A stretch of 64,000 nt of DNA from an uncultured Acidimicrobiia bacterium. Its GTDB lineage: Bacteria > Acidobacteriota > Terriglobia > Versatilivoradales > Versatilivoraceae. The number at the start of each line of letters is the position of its first letter. The stretch's first letter is position 1. Of this stretch, positions 10,112-19,829 are shown one piece after another. The position numbers were made by a program, and so were the translations under genes. The notes beneath the pieces were generated by a model. That model did not search any database. It saw only the letters and a program-made list of their open reading frames with translations, and had not been told where the DNA came from. The stretch is taken from the NCBI GenBank assembly GCA_963786955.1, contig CAWBAT010000007.1, positions 32,001 through 96,000 on the forward strand. The letters are read 5' to 3'.

Positions 10112-10403
10112 ATTCGAGCTAGTTCTGCCGCTTCTCGCAGCGACGACCCAAATCGAGAGAAAAGCAACCTACCTTCTTCTCCCCCCTTAACTCCAATCCA
10201 GGGTCAGAATCAGTTTCCACACTCAGTGTGATCGGTTGAGCACCTGCTTCTCATGTTGACAGCTAGGTTGGCATGAGCTAACTTTCCCCATTGCGTCTGG
10301 CTTACTCTTTTCTCTGTATCCTGCTCATGCTTCAGAGCCTTATGGGATTTCCGAGCGGCAAAAACATTGAACGTAGAGGAAGAAACAAATCGCATCCTCC
10401 ATC

Positions 10404-10979
10404 ATGACCGAATCAGAAGCTATCTCAGGTTGTATCAATGGAGATCCTAAGGCCTTTGAAACCCTTTACAGCCTCCATAAACGCCGGATCTATTCCCTTT
10501 GCCTGCGAATGGTGAATAAGCCTGCCGAGGCGGAGGACCTGGCGCAGGAGGCTTTTATGCAGCTTTTTCGAAAGATCTCCACTTTCCGGGGAGAGGCGGC
10601 TTTCTCAACCTGGTTTCATCGTCTCACGGTAAACATCGTATTGATGCATCTGAGGAAGAAAGGGCTTGATGAGATCTCTTTAGATCAGGAGCCTGGGGAA
10701 GACGAGCAAGAGCACCCAAAGAAAGAATACGGTGGAGAGGACTTGCACCTTAAGGGATCGGTTGACCGCATTGCGCTTGGCAATGCCATCGCCGATTTGC
10801 CCAAAGGCTACCGTACGATTCTGGTCTTGCATGACGTTGAAGGATATGAGCATAATGAAATTGCAGAAATGATTGGCTGCTCGATCGGGAATTCTAAGTC
10901 CCAATTGTTCAAGGCACGATTGAAGTTGCGATCGTTGCTTGCCAAGAAGACCAGCAAATCTGAAAAAAAAATCACATAA
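10404..10979 (+). CDS. ECF RNA polymerase sigma factor
   Basis: AEDLAQEAF, FSTWFHRL, VLHDVEGYEHNEIAEMIGCSIGNSKSQLFKAR. Confidence 0.93.
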   Translation: MTESEAISGCINGDPKAFETLYSLHKRRIYSLCLRMVNKPAEAEDLAQEAFMQLFRKISTFRGEAAFSTWFHRLTVNIVLMHLRKKGLDEISLDQEPGEDEQEHPKKEYGGEDLHLKGSVDRIALGNAIADLPKGYRTILVLHDVEGYEHNEIAEMIGCSIGNSKSQLFKARLKLRSLLAKKTSKSEKKIT

Positions 10980-11070
10980 GGCAGCTTTTTCACTGCTTTT
11001 GGAATCTAACTGTCCGAATCTAAATTGGATGCTGTTGGTTTCAGGTCTAATGAGAAGGGCGTAACACAAC

Positions 11071-11745
11071 ATGGAATGCAGGGATATTCAATTTAGGATT
11101 TCTGAATGGGTGGACGGGGAACTGAAAGAGGCCGAGATCACTGAAGTTGAAAGACATGTGAGACTTTGTCAGTCCTGCAGTCAGATCTACGACGACTTCA
11201 GAATCATCAGAGAATCATCCCTTAATTTGCCTGCTTTTGAGCCTTCTGATGTAGTCTGGTCTAACATCCGTGCTCAGTTGGCATTTGAGGGAATTTCAGA
11301 AGCAAAGCCGGAAAGCAGCCTCTGGGGAAAATTGTTCTCTCGACAATTCATCCCGAGACTAGCCCCTGCCTATGGGACTGCCATTTTCTTGCTGACAATA
11401 ATCCTATTCGGGTCTACGATTTACATTTATAAGACTAGAGAATTGGGCACGGTTGCAGAGACGCACGAAGTTGAGGCGATCCGTCGGCTCCAGGATGCGG
11501 AACAGCATTATCGAAAAGCAATTCAGGCACTTGATGAGGCATCTAGGCAGAAAATTCAGACCGTAGAACCTCGAATGGCCGAGATCCTCAATGATAACCT
11601 GGCAACCATCGATTATTATGTGCAAGAATGCCGGGATGCTGCGCAAAAAAGTCCGGGTAATCCGCTCATTCAAAAATATTTGTTGGCTGCTTATCAAAAG
11701 AAGGCAGAACTGCTTCAGTCCATTGTGAATTCAGATGTCCTTTGA
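11071..11745 (+). CDS. Anti-sigma factor (zf-HC2, TM, helical C-terminus)
   Basis: HVRLCQSC, TM segment, follows ECF sigma. Confidence 0.85.
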   Translation: MECRDIQFRISEWVDGELKEAEITEVERHVRLCQSCSQIYDDFRIIRESSLNLPAFEPSDVVWSNIRAQLAFEGISEAKPESSLWGKLFSRQFIPRLAPAYGTAIFLLTIILFGSTIYIYKTRELGTVAETHEVEAIRRLQDAEQHYRKAIQALDEASRQKIQTVEPRMAEILNDNLATIDYYVQECRDAAQKSPGNPLIQKYLLAAYQKKAELLQSIVNSDVL

Positions 11746-12643
11746 TCTCATTAGAGACCCGATTCTATCGCACCGGGCGAATGCCATGGGTATTCAGTCG
11801 CTCATCATGAATTTGCTTAGGAGCTCGCTCTTACTTGCGCTATCGGCTCCATTCTTGGTGGCCGGTGAACGCTTTGAGAAGGTTTTCCCGGTCACAAAGA
11901 ATCCTTGTGTGATGATCACGAACTATACGGGGGTCGTGACCGTAAAAGGGTGGCAGCGTCAGGAAGTCAAAGTCATTGCAACCAACTTTACCAAGAATGT
12001 AGAAATCGACACTGAGTTGATCGGGGGTAAGGTCAAAATCGCGACCCATGTCCTCGACAAGCTGGCAACAACCGAAAAAGCAAAGGTGGATTATCAAATC
12101 CTTGTCCCTGAAGATTCCAATTTAGATATTCAGACTAACATGGGGACCCTCGAGGTCGAGAATATTCGGGGGAAAATTGAGATTGATGCCGTTGAAGCAG
12201 CGGTTATAGTCCATGGAGTCTCCGGGTATCTCCAAGCCCGTTCGCTGGGCAGTAAACTCACCATTTCCAATGCCAGCGGGATCATCCAGACGAATACCGT
12301 CAGCGGAGATATTTTGTTTGTTCACCTTCAGAGTAATAGCGTGAATGCGAATTCGACCCTGGGCAATATTTCTTATGATGGGGACTTTGTCAGTCGCGGG
12401 AAATATGCGTTTACGACGAATGAAGGTGCGATCTTGATCCAGTGTGCAGAACAGGCCTCGGTAGAATGGGACGCGAAGACCGTTAAGGGTGTGATCGAAA
12501 GTGATCTCCCGATCACTTCCAAGAAACACTCCTCTGTTTCGCGAGATAACGGACGGCAGAGTCTCCTGGGCACTTTAAACCGGGGGGAAGCCACCGTTCA
12601 ACTTTCGACGTTTAGCGGTAAGATCAAGATCATTCGCAAGTAA
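11735..12643 (+). CDS. DUF4097 beta-strand-repeat exported protein (true start may be 11786 or later)
   Basis: Signal-like segment, repeated T.SG.I units, C-terminal LSTFSGKIKI. Confidence 0.75.
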   Translation: MSFDLIRDPILSHRANAMGIQSLIMNLLRSSLLLALSAPFLVAGERFEKVFPVTKNPCVMITNYTGVVTVKGWQRQEVKVIATNFTKNVEIDTELIGGKVKIATHVLDKLATTEKAKVDYQILVPEDSNLDIQTNMGTLEVENIRGKIEIDAVEAAVIVHGVSGYLQARSLGSKLTISNASGIIQTNTVSGDILFVHLQSNSVNANSTLGNISYDGDFVSRGKYAFTTNEGAILIQCAEQASVEWDAKTVKGVIESDLPITSKKHSSVSRDNGRQSLLGTLNRGEATVQLSTFSGKIKIIRK

Positions 12644-12688
12644 GAATTGAAATGGCTTGAAGAGAGAATGAACGACCCGATTTTCTGG

Positions 12689-12716
12689 AGCCCAAGGATT
12701 CTTGGGCTTTTTTTTT
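12689..12716 (+). terminator. Rho-independent terminator
   Basis: AGCCCAAG-GATT-CTTGGGCT followed by T8. Confidence 0.85.
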
Positions 12717-12735
12717 GTCGTCGAGAAATCATTCC

Positions 12736-13284
12736 ATGATAGAAAAGAATTTGATCTTTCTCGTAGGGTTTATGGGTGCAGGGAAATCGACCATAGGCCT
12801 TCGGCTAGCCCGCGATTTGAAGTGGAATTTTATCGATTTAGACCAGGAAATTGAAAAAGGGGAGGGGCGGCCAATCAGGCAGATTTTCTCAGAAAAGGGA
12901 GAGAGTTACTTCCGTCAGCTTGAGACCAAAGTACTCCAAGGCTTGAGAACGAGAGGACCGTCTGTGATTGCCTTGGGAGGGGGGGCCTTCATTCAAGATA
13001 CCAACCGTCTCTTCATTCATGAACTTGGCTATTCGGTATTCTTGGATTGTGCACTGGAGGTCATCGTCAAACGCTGCCCCCAAGACGGGACCCGGCCCCT
13101 ATTGCATTCGTCGGGCGGGCTTGAAGCTCTTTACACGTCGCGTTTACCCTACTATCAGAAAAGTGACTTTCGAGTGGATGTCTCAAACCAGAGTCCTGAG
13201 CAAATTACAAAAACTATTCTGGATCATTTGAGCGCAGGGAGAATTGACGATGCTCACAATAGTAATCGCCCGGTCGACATTTAG
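12736..13284 (+). CDS. aroK: Shikimate kinase
   Basis: GFMGAGKST, FIDLD, GESYFRQLE, LGGG, RPLL; stop codon lies inside the 109-bp repeat. Confidence 0.93.
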   Translation: MIEKNLIFLVGFMGAGKSTIGLRLARDLKWNFIDLDQEIEKGEGRPIRQIFSEKGESYFRQLETKVLQGLRTRGPSVIALGGGAFIQDTNRLFIHELGYSVFLDCALEVIVKRCPQDGTRPLLHSSGGLEALYTSRLPYYQKSDFRVDVSNQSPEQITKTILDHLSAGRIDDAHNSNRPVDI

Positions 13285-13389
13285 CGCTAAGTTGTACAAA
13301 TTTGCGGTAATTGCTGTAGCCGGGGACGTTGACCCCGGCCAGCCCCAGCGGGGCCAGCTACAACACGGACTTCTGCAACTTAGTATCAG
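13281..13389 (+). repeat. 109-bp MITE-like element (TIRs plus internal GTAG REP pair), copy 1
   Basis: About 87% identical (14 differences by manual alignment) to the reverse complement of 53223-53331. Confidence 0.85.
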
Positions 13390-13399
13390 TTCAAGGACT

Positions 13400-14137
13400 A
13401 TGTCCTGGTTGCGGGCTGGGGCGGTCCGATTCAGCCTAGTGCTGTTGATGCTCCACGGTTCCATCAGCTATTCCCAAACAAACAAAGCGAATACTAATTT
13501 GGGTGTTTCCAGTTTCGGGAACGAAAACGGCTCCTTCCGAATCGTGTTTGGAGGGGAACAAATCGGGGAGGAGAAATTCCAAATAACGGAAAGCCCCACA
13601 GGCTTCAAGGCGACGGCTGAAGTCCGACTGACCATTGACCGGGAAAAGGAAAAAGCGGTGTTCGTCTTGAAACCGATCCTGACTTTGAGCAAGTCCTTTG
13701 AACCTTCCGCCTATCAGGTGACTCAGGAAGACGGAGTCATCAAACGGACCGTGCGCGTGATTTTCAAGCCCGACAAAAGCGAGCGAATCTATGAGGCGGG
13801 GAATGAACACGACAGCCGAGAAATCGCGTTAAAGAAAGACGTCCTCATTCTTGATGATCATGCGTTCCACCACTATATCCTTTTGGCAAGACGCTTTGAT
13901 TATGTGAAAGGGGGAGTCCAGGAATTCTCCGCCTTTGTCCCTCAGCAGTTTTTGGCAGGAGGGATCAGTATTTCAGACAAAGGAAAAGCGGTCGTCAAAA
14001 TCGGCGAGAAGGATGTCGTTCTGCAGCATCTCCTAGTCGACACCGGCGAGCTGCAGATCAGTTTGTGGCTTGATGAGAGACATGAGCTCAAGAAGCTTTC
14101 CGTTCCCAAATCAAATGTAGAGGTCTTCAGGGAATAA
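13400..14137 (+). CDS. Hypothetical exported beta-rich protein
   Basis: ATG at 13400 after AAGGA; signal peptide-like N-terminus; the longer ORF-track start simply reads through the 109-bp repeat. Confidence 0.6.
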   Translation: MSWLRAGAVRFSLVLLMLHGSISYSQTNKANTNLGVSSFGNENGSFRIVFGGEQIGEEKFQITESPTGFKATAEVRLTIDREKEKAVFVLKPILTLSKSFEPSAYQVTQEDGVIKRTVRVIFKPDKSERIYEAGNEHDSREIALKKDVLILDDHAFHHYILLARRFDYVKGGVQEFSAFVPQQFLAGGISISDKGKAVVKIGEKDVVLQHLLVDTGELQISLWLDERHELKKLSVPKSNVEVFRE

Positions 14138-14251
14138 GGCCCTGTTGCCATTTCTCTTGCCTGGTGAGGTTTTCTCCAATTCCTTTTGTGTCATTACCGC
14201 TGCATGAATCGGTTATCCGGAATGGTTGCTACGTTGCGCTGAAAAGGCTTT

Positions 14252-15181
14252 ATGTTAAGAGTAAGACACAATTTGACGTTTCGAGGAACGGTCTTGCTTT
14301 CCGTCTTCCTCGGGGTATGCCTGTTAGCCGTGCCGTTGAGAGCGCAAGTGTCAGGAGCGGGGAACGAAGTGGATGGAGTTCTGGCTTTTCGCCATGTCGA
14401 AAAGTTAGTCGGTTTTGGGCCACGCCCTCCGGGCTCAGCGGGGAGCCAGAAAACTCAAGATTACATCATTGCTTACTTGCGAAAACTCAATTTAAAAGTG
14501 GAAACCCAGCCGTTCCTCGCCAACACCCCTAACGGGGCTATTGGGATGAAGAACATTGTGGCGAGTCTTCCGGGGGAAAGAGAGACAGTGATCTTATTGG
14601 GTTCACACTATGACACCAAGCCGATGGTGAACGGGATATTTGTCGGAGCAAACGATGGGGGCTCCAGTACCGGACTTTTGTTGGAGCTTGCAAGAGTTCT
14701 GTCGCGTCGGAAGCCACGATATACGTTGCAATTTGTTTTCTTCGATGGGGAGGAGGCACAGAGACAATGGACAGAGACCGACTCGCTTTACGGCAGCCGC
14801 TACTTTGTGGCTCAGCTTTCTCGCGAGGCCAAACAAGGCACCATCAAAGCGATGATCCTTCTGGACATGATCGGAGACAAGGACCTCGTCCTCGAGAACG
14901 AGCTGTCTTCTACATCCAGCCTGATGGAGATGGTTCGAAAATCGGGGCGGGAGCTCGGTTATTCTAAGCACCTGGCAAAGGCTCCCAATGAGATCGTCGA
15001 TGACCATATTCCGTTTCTTCAGGTGGGCATCCCGGCTGTCGATTTGATCGATTACGATTATGGCTTCAACAATATCTACTGGCACACCCCGAATGATACT
15101 TTGGACAAGATCAGCCCTCAGAGTCTGGGAATCGTAGGGGCCATTGTGTTGAAAACCGTTGAAAAGCTAAATAAGGAATGA
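14252..15181 (+). CDS. M28 family peptidase (glutaminyl cyclase-like)
   Basis: SHYDTK, GANDGGSS, FFDGEEA, LLDMIGD, DDHIPF, WHT. Confidence 0.9.
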   Translation: MLRVRHNLTFRGTVLLSVFLGVCLLAVPLRAQVSGAGNEVDGVLAFRHVEKLVGFGPRPPGSAGSQKTQDYIIAYLRKLNLKVETQPFLANTPNGAIGMKNIVASLPGERETVILLGSHYDTKPMVNGIFVGANDGGSSTGLLLELARVLSRRKPRYTLQFVFFDGEEAQRQWTETDSLYGSRYFVAQLSREAKQGTIKAMILLDMIGDKDLVLENELSSTSSLMEMVRKSGRELGYSKHLAKAPNEIVDDHIPFLQVGIPAVDLIDYDYGFNNIYWHTPNDTLDKISPQSLGIVGAIVLKTVEKLNKE

Positions 15182-15314
15182 GCCGATATAGCCTGGGCCA
15201 ATGGCCCCGGAGACCTGCTGTGGATGGGGCCACGGTCCTATAAGCGCTAACCTAAGCTTGGATGGTCGCTTCATTCCGGGATCGTCGGTTGAGCAGATGA
15301 CTCCCAGAATTGGG

Positions 15315-15591
15315 AAACGCCAAGAACGCCAAGGTTGCCAAGAGTAGGAGCCTTCATGTCCGCCGACGAAGTAGCTAAGGATATGGTTGACGCTGCACTC
15401 AAGGTGCATCGCGCCTTGGGGCCCGGGCTGCTGGAATCGGCCAATCAGGCTGTTCTGGCACACGAGCTCCAAAGACGTGGCCACCGGGTCGAATTCCAAG
15501 TCGCTGTTCGTAGAACTGCGGTTAGGATAGAATCAGACGGCTGACCGAGGCGTATCCGCTTTTCTTGGCGTGCTTGGTGCTCTTGGCGTTT
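15315..15591 (+). pseudogene. Internally deleted GxxExxY (PD-(D/E)XK-like) gene bracketed by inverted CCAAG-unit repeats
   Basis: ATG 15356: MSADEVAKDMVDAALKVHRALGPGLLESAN (family motif GPGLLESxY with Y->N), truncated after about 55 aa; IRs at 15315-15342 and 15564-15591. Confidence 0.75.
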
Positions 15592-15695
15592 CGTTCTTCC
15601 GGCGGCAGGCGAGGAAAGCCTTATAAAGTTAGCGCTCAAGGGCCGCTGGCCCCGGAAGTAGACATGCAGAACTCACCAAGCAACCATGCCCCTGC

Positions 15696-16268
15696 TTATT
15701 TAATGAAATCGAGAAACTCATTTCTCGTTTTGCTATCCGTCTTGAAACGGCCTAGCATGCAGCTGGTAATGGTTCGGCTATTCTGTTTCTGAACTCCCCG
15801 CATCATCATACATAAATGGAAGGCTTCGATGACGACCCCGACCCCCTTGGGCTCCAAATGCCTCTCTATGGCATAGGCAATCTGGGTGGTGAGCCTCTCC
15901 TGCACTTGTAATCGTCGACTGAAAACATCCACAATTCTGGGCATTTTGCTCAGCCCAATAATCTTGTTTTGTGGTAAGTAGGCGATGTGACATTTTCCAT
16001 AAAAAGGCAGAATATGATGTTCGCAAAGGCTATAGACTTCAATGTCTTTGACAATCACCATTTCATCATACTCAGCCTCGTACACGGCTCCATTGATAAT
16101 CTTGTCGATGTCTAATTTGTAGCCGCGCGTCAAAAATCTTAAACTGGCTTCAACCCGCTCGGGAGTTCGTTTCAACCCTTCACGAAAGGGGTCCTCACCA
16201 AGATCTACCAGAAGCTTTTCAATCCAGCTTGCCACGGATCCACTAGTCTGAAGGGTCTTATCGCTCAT
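15696..16268 (-). CDS. folE: GTP cyclohydrolase I
   Basis: [43 protein letters not shown]. Confidence 0.96.
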   Translation of the reverse strand: MSDKTLQTSGSVASWIEKLLVDLGEDPFREGLKRTPERVEASLRFLTRGYKLDIDKIINGAVYEAEYDEMVIVKDIEVYSLCEHHILPFYGKCHIAYLPQNKIIGLSKMPRIVDVFSRRLQVQERLTTQIAYAIERHLEPKGVGVVIEAFHLCMMMRGVQKQNSRTITSCMLGRFKTDSKTRNEFLDFIK

Positions 16269-16301
16269 GGTCTTGTGTGTTTCTCCTCTAGGGTGTTCTT
16301 T

Positions 16302-17546
16302 TCAAATTAATGGTTCGTCCCAATTTTCCAAGCTTAACTTAAGTGCTGCCATGAATTGGTCGGCCACGGCTCCATCAATGAGACGATGATCAAAGGTGAG
16401 CGTGAGATACACCATCGATCGAATAGCGACCGCGTCGTGAATGACAACGGGCCTCTTGGCGATGGCTCCAATGCAGAGAATTGCGACTTGGGGTTGATTG
16501 ATGATGGGTGTGCCCAGCAAACTCCCAAAAACGCCAGGGTTGGTAATCGTGAAGGTTCCATTTTGGACATCCTCGGGAGACAACTTCTTCTGCCGGGCCC
16601 TTTCCGCTAAGATTACGGCAGCTCGAGCGATACCTAAGAAGCTGCGTTCATCAGCGTTCTTAATGACAGGAACAATCAATCCCCAATCCAGAGCCACAGC
16701 GACGCCGATATTGATGGCTTTCTTGTAATGAATTGAGGTCTCGACAAGGGACGCGTTCAAAGAAGGAAATCCCTTCAAAGCGTGCGCGATCGCTTTGATA
16801 AAAAAGGGCATGTAAGAAAGCTTGATCCCTTCGCGGTCAAGAAATTCCTTGGCAAATTGATTCTTGATTTGCACAATCCGGGTCAAGTCGACCTCAAAGA
16901 CCGTCGTCACGTGAGCCGAAATTCGTCGACTGGCAACCATGTGCTCTGCGATGCTTTTCCGCATCGCCGTCATGGGAACAATTTCAACAGGTACTGCAGT
17001 TGCCCGGGGGGATCCCTCAACCGGGGGCCTAAAAGCTTCGCCCTGCCTCCTTGAGAAGTCTTCAGGGAGCGGCTTTTGTGAGAGATGCGACAGAATGTCT
17101 TTTTTAGTGATCCGTCCTCCCAATCCAGTTCCTTCAATCCGCGACAAGTCTACACTCTCCTCTTTGGCAATACGTCTTACCAAAGGTGAGGAGCGGACCA
17201 TCCGTTCAAGGGTCTCCTTGGCGGCTTCACCATCCTTCTGGGTTGAAGAAGTCTGGCTTGCTTCCGGCTGAGGAGTCATTACCGGCTCTGTGACCTCGGT
17301 CGTGATTGCTGCTTCGCTGATGACAGCCACTACCGTATTAATCTGCACCGTTTCACCTTCTTGATGCCGAATCTGTGACACGACTCCAGTTGCTGGAGAC
17401 GGGATTTCGGAGTCTACTTTATCCGTTGAAATTTCAAAGAGGGGCTCATCCCTTAGGATAGGGTCGCCAACCTTCTTAAGCCACTTTGTAATTGTTCCTT
17501 CGACAATACTTTCACCCATCTGGGGCATGATGACGTTTGTAGACAT
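16302..17546 (-). CDS. 2-oxoacid dehydrogenase E2 (dihydrolipoamide acyltransferase)
   Basis: Lipoyl domain EISTDKVDSE, E3-binding SSPLVRRIA..GTGLGGRITKKD, catalytic FDHRLIDG. Confidence 0.93.
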   Translation of the reverse strand: MSTNVIMPQMGESIVEGTITKWLKKVGDPILRDEPLFEISTDKVDSEIPSPATGVVSQIRHQEGETVQINTVVAVISEAAITTEVTEPVMTPQPEASQTSSTQKDGEAAKETLERMVRSSPLVRRIAKEESVDLSRIEGTGLGGRITKKDILSHLSQKPLPEDFSRRQGEAFRPPVEGSPRATAVPVEIVPMTAMRKSIAEHMVASRRISAHVTTVFEVDLTRIVQIKNQFAKEFLDREGIKLSYMPFFIKAIAHALKGFPSLNASLVETSIHYKKAINIGVAVALDWGLIVPVIKNADERSFLGIARAAVILAERARQKKLSPEDVQNGTFTITNPGVFGSLLGTPIINQPQVAILCIGAIAKRPVVIHDAVAIRSMVYLTLTFDHRLIDGAVADQFMAALKLSLENWDEPLI

Positions 17547-17823
17547 TCGGCTTTCCTTGACTGACCGAGATCGTTTGTTGAAACAGCTAGGGGATGAGCC
17601 TCTCGCGAGATATCAATTCTGAGCCCTAGAACTCAGGCGCTGCCTTATCTGCGCCGCAAGCCACTATAACACACCAAATCGAGCTGTTCACCCCTCATGG
17701 AAGTCCAGTGATGAGCGGGTAGTTCTTGGAACAGCGGGACAAGCGACAGAAATTCGGATGCAGTAATACTCTAAGGATCCAACTCCATGATAGATCCGAC
17801 CAGCTCGGGTTTATATCTTCGGG

Positions 17824-18798
17824 CTAATAGGCTGCCAACTGTCTGGCGACGCGCACAATATCGCTTGTTTTCGGTAAGAAAAATTCCTCGAGCGGGGGAC
17901 TATACGGGACTGGAGTGTCGGGAGCAGTGATCCGCATGATCGGGCCATCAAGGTATTCAAATGCTTCCTCTGTGATAATCGCGGCGATTTCTCCGCTAAT
18001 CCCTCCGGTTCGGGTGTCTTCATGAAGAAGGATCACCTTATTCGTCTTCTTAACAGACTCGAGAATGCATTCTTTGTCCAGTGGCCGCAGTGTCCTCAGG
18101 TCAACGATCTCCAATTCAAGGCCTTCCTTTTCCAATGTCGAAGCGGCCTCCATAGCGAGATGGACCATCGCTCCGTAAGTAAAGATCGAGATGTCTTTGC
18201 CGGTTCTCTTGACCTCAGCTTTCCCGATTGGGACCAGGATCTCTCCTTCCGGGAGGTCCTCTTTAATGCGGCGGTAAAGGAATTTATGTTCGAAATAAAT
18301 CACCGGGTCTTCGTCTCGGATGGCCGATTTGATGAGACCTTTGGCGTCATAGGCAGTAGACGGTGCAACCACTTTCAGCCCTGGAGTGTGGACGTAATAC
18401 ATTTCAGGGTTTTGGGAATGGAATGGTCCTCCGTGAATGCCACCCCCCGAAGGCCCACGGATCACCATGGGAACTCCAGCCCCCCAGCGATAACGACACT
18501 TTGCCGCAAAATTGGTGATTTGGTCGAAAGCACATGAAATGAAATCTGCGAACTGCATTTCGACGATCGGCCTCATTCCGACTAGAGCGGCGCCGATGGC
18601 TGCGCCCACAATTCCTGATTCCGAGATGGGTGTGTCTACGACTCGATCTGCACCAAAACGCTCAAGCATCCCTTCGGTAACTTTGAAGGCTCCGCCATAG
18701 ACCCCCACATCCTCGCCGAGCACGAAAACATTGGAGTCTCTCTCCATCTCTTCCCAGATGCCTTGTTTGATTGCTTCCAAGTAAGTGGTCTGCGCCAT
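17824..18798 (-). CDS. 2-oxoacid dehydrogenase E1 beta subunit
   Basis: GEDVG, DTPISE, EMQFADF, FHSQ, DLRTL. Confidence 0.93.
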   Translation of the reverse strand: MAQTTYLEAIKQGIWEEMERDSNVFVLGEDVGVYGGAFKVTEGMLERFGADRVVDTPISESGIVGAAIGAALVGMRPIVEMQFADFISCAFDQITNFAAKCRYRWGAGVPMVIRGPSGGGIHGGPFHSQNPEMYYVHTPGLKVVAPSTAYDAKGLIKSAIRDEDPVIYFEHKFLYRRIKEDLPEGEILVPIGKAEVKRTGKDISIFTYGAMVHLAMEAASTLEKEGLELEIVDLRTLRPLDKECILESVKKTNKVILLHEDTRTGGISGEIAAIITEEAFEYLDGPIMRITAPDTPVPYSPPLEEFFLPKTSDIVRVARQLAAY

Positions 18799-18809
18799 GA
18801 GGACGCCTC

Positions 18810-19829
18810 CTACCTTTCTCGTGAGAAAAAAGCGTCTGCAAAAGCCAAGGGAGATTCGACAACTTGATCGGCGTAGACACCCTCGAGTGTTTCTCCTGGC
18901 AAAGGGAATGGATCATTTTCGGCCAGTTGGACCGCTTCATCGATTTCCTGAGTAATGCGAATCGCCATTTTCCTGACATCCTCTTCGGTGACAACATGAT
19001 TGCTGATTAAGGAGGTCTCCAGAAGCAGAATAGGATCTCTCTTTTCCCATTCCTCTAATAGTTCCTTGGCCACGTATTTCATGTCGTCATGAGCGGAATG
19101 GCCAGTCATTCGGAAGGTGCGGCACTCAATGAGACTTGGACCTCCTCCTTCCCGGGCAAACTCAACGGCCTTTTGAGTGGCCTTATAGACTTCAATGACA
19201 TCATTCCCATCGATGGTGACACCAGGCATGCCATAGGACGCCGCGCGAATCGAAATATCCTTAATGGCCATCTGTTTGTCGAGAGGCGTCGAGTAGGCAT
19301 AAAGATTATTGTTACACAGATAAACAACCGGGGCCTTTTGAACCGAAGCTAAGTTCATCCCTTCGTGCCAATCACCACGGCTGGTTGCCCCATCACCGAA
19401 GTAACAAAGAACAACATTCTTCTGTTTCCTCATTTTATATGCCATTCCGATGCCCGCTGCAACCGGAACCGTGTCCGCCAGCATGCTCACAAAGGCGACG
19501 ACATTGCGTCGCATATCCCCCATGTGCAAATTGGCATCCTTGCCTTTTGAGATACCCGTCCTGCGTCCCATATACTGGGCAAAAATCTCTCTCGGCGTAA
19601 TGCCTCGAATGAGGAAAGCACCCATGTCCCGGTGTGAAGGGCAGATACAATCATCCTTCTCAAGCAGAATGCTCGAGCCCACGGCAATGGCTTCTTGTCC
19701 CCTGCCAACATAGACCCCCCCCACAATTTTCCCTTGCCGATAGAGCTTCCGCTCGATTCGGCTTTCGATATCACGAGTTAATTTCATGAAATACAACATG
19801 TCGAGAAGGGTTTTCTTATTCAGATCCAT
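18810..19829 (-). CDS. 2-oxoacid dehydrogenase E1 alpha subunit (TPP-dependent)
   Basis: GQEA, GDGATSRG...NN TPP motif, GHSAHDD. Confidence 0.93.
   Translation of the reverse strand: MDLNKKTLLDMLYFMKLTRDIESRIERKLYRQGKIVGGVYVGRGQEAIAVGSSILLEKDDCICPSHRDMGAFLIRGITPREIFAQYMGRRTGISKGKDANLHMGDMRRNVVAFVSMLADTVPVAAGIGMAYKMRKQKNVVLCYFGDGATSRGDWHEGMNLASVQKAPVVYLCNNNLYAYSTPLDKQMAIKDISIRAASYGMPGVTIDGNDVIEVYKATQKAVEFAREGGGPSLIECRTFRMTGHSAHDDMKYVAKELLEEWEKRDPILLLETSLISNHVVTEEDVRKMAIRITQEIDEAVQLAENDPFPLPGETLEGVYADQVVESPLAFADAFFSRER

Noticed and set aside
13244-13399. N-terminal extension of the 297-aa ORF
   Set aside because: Overlaps aroK and translates the 109-bp repeat; ATG 13400 has an RBS and begins a signal-like segment
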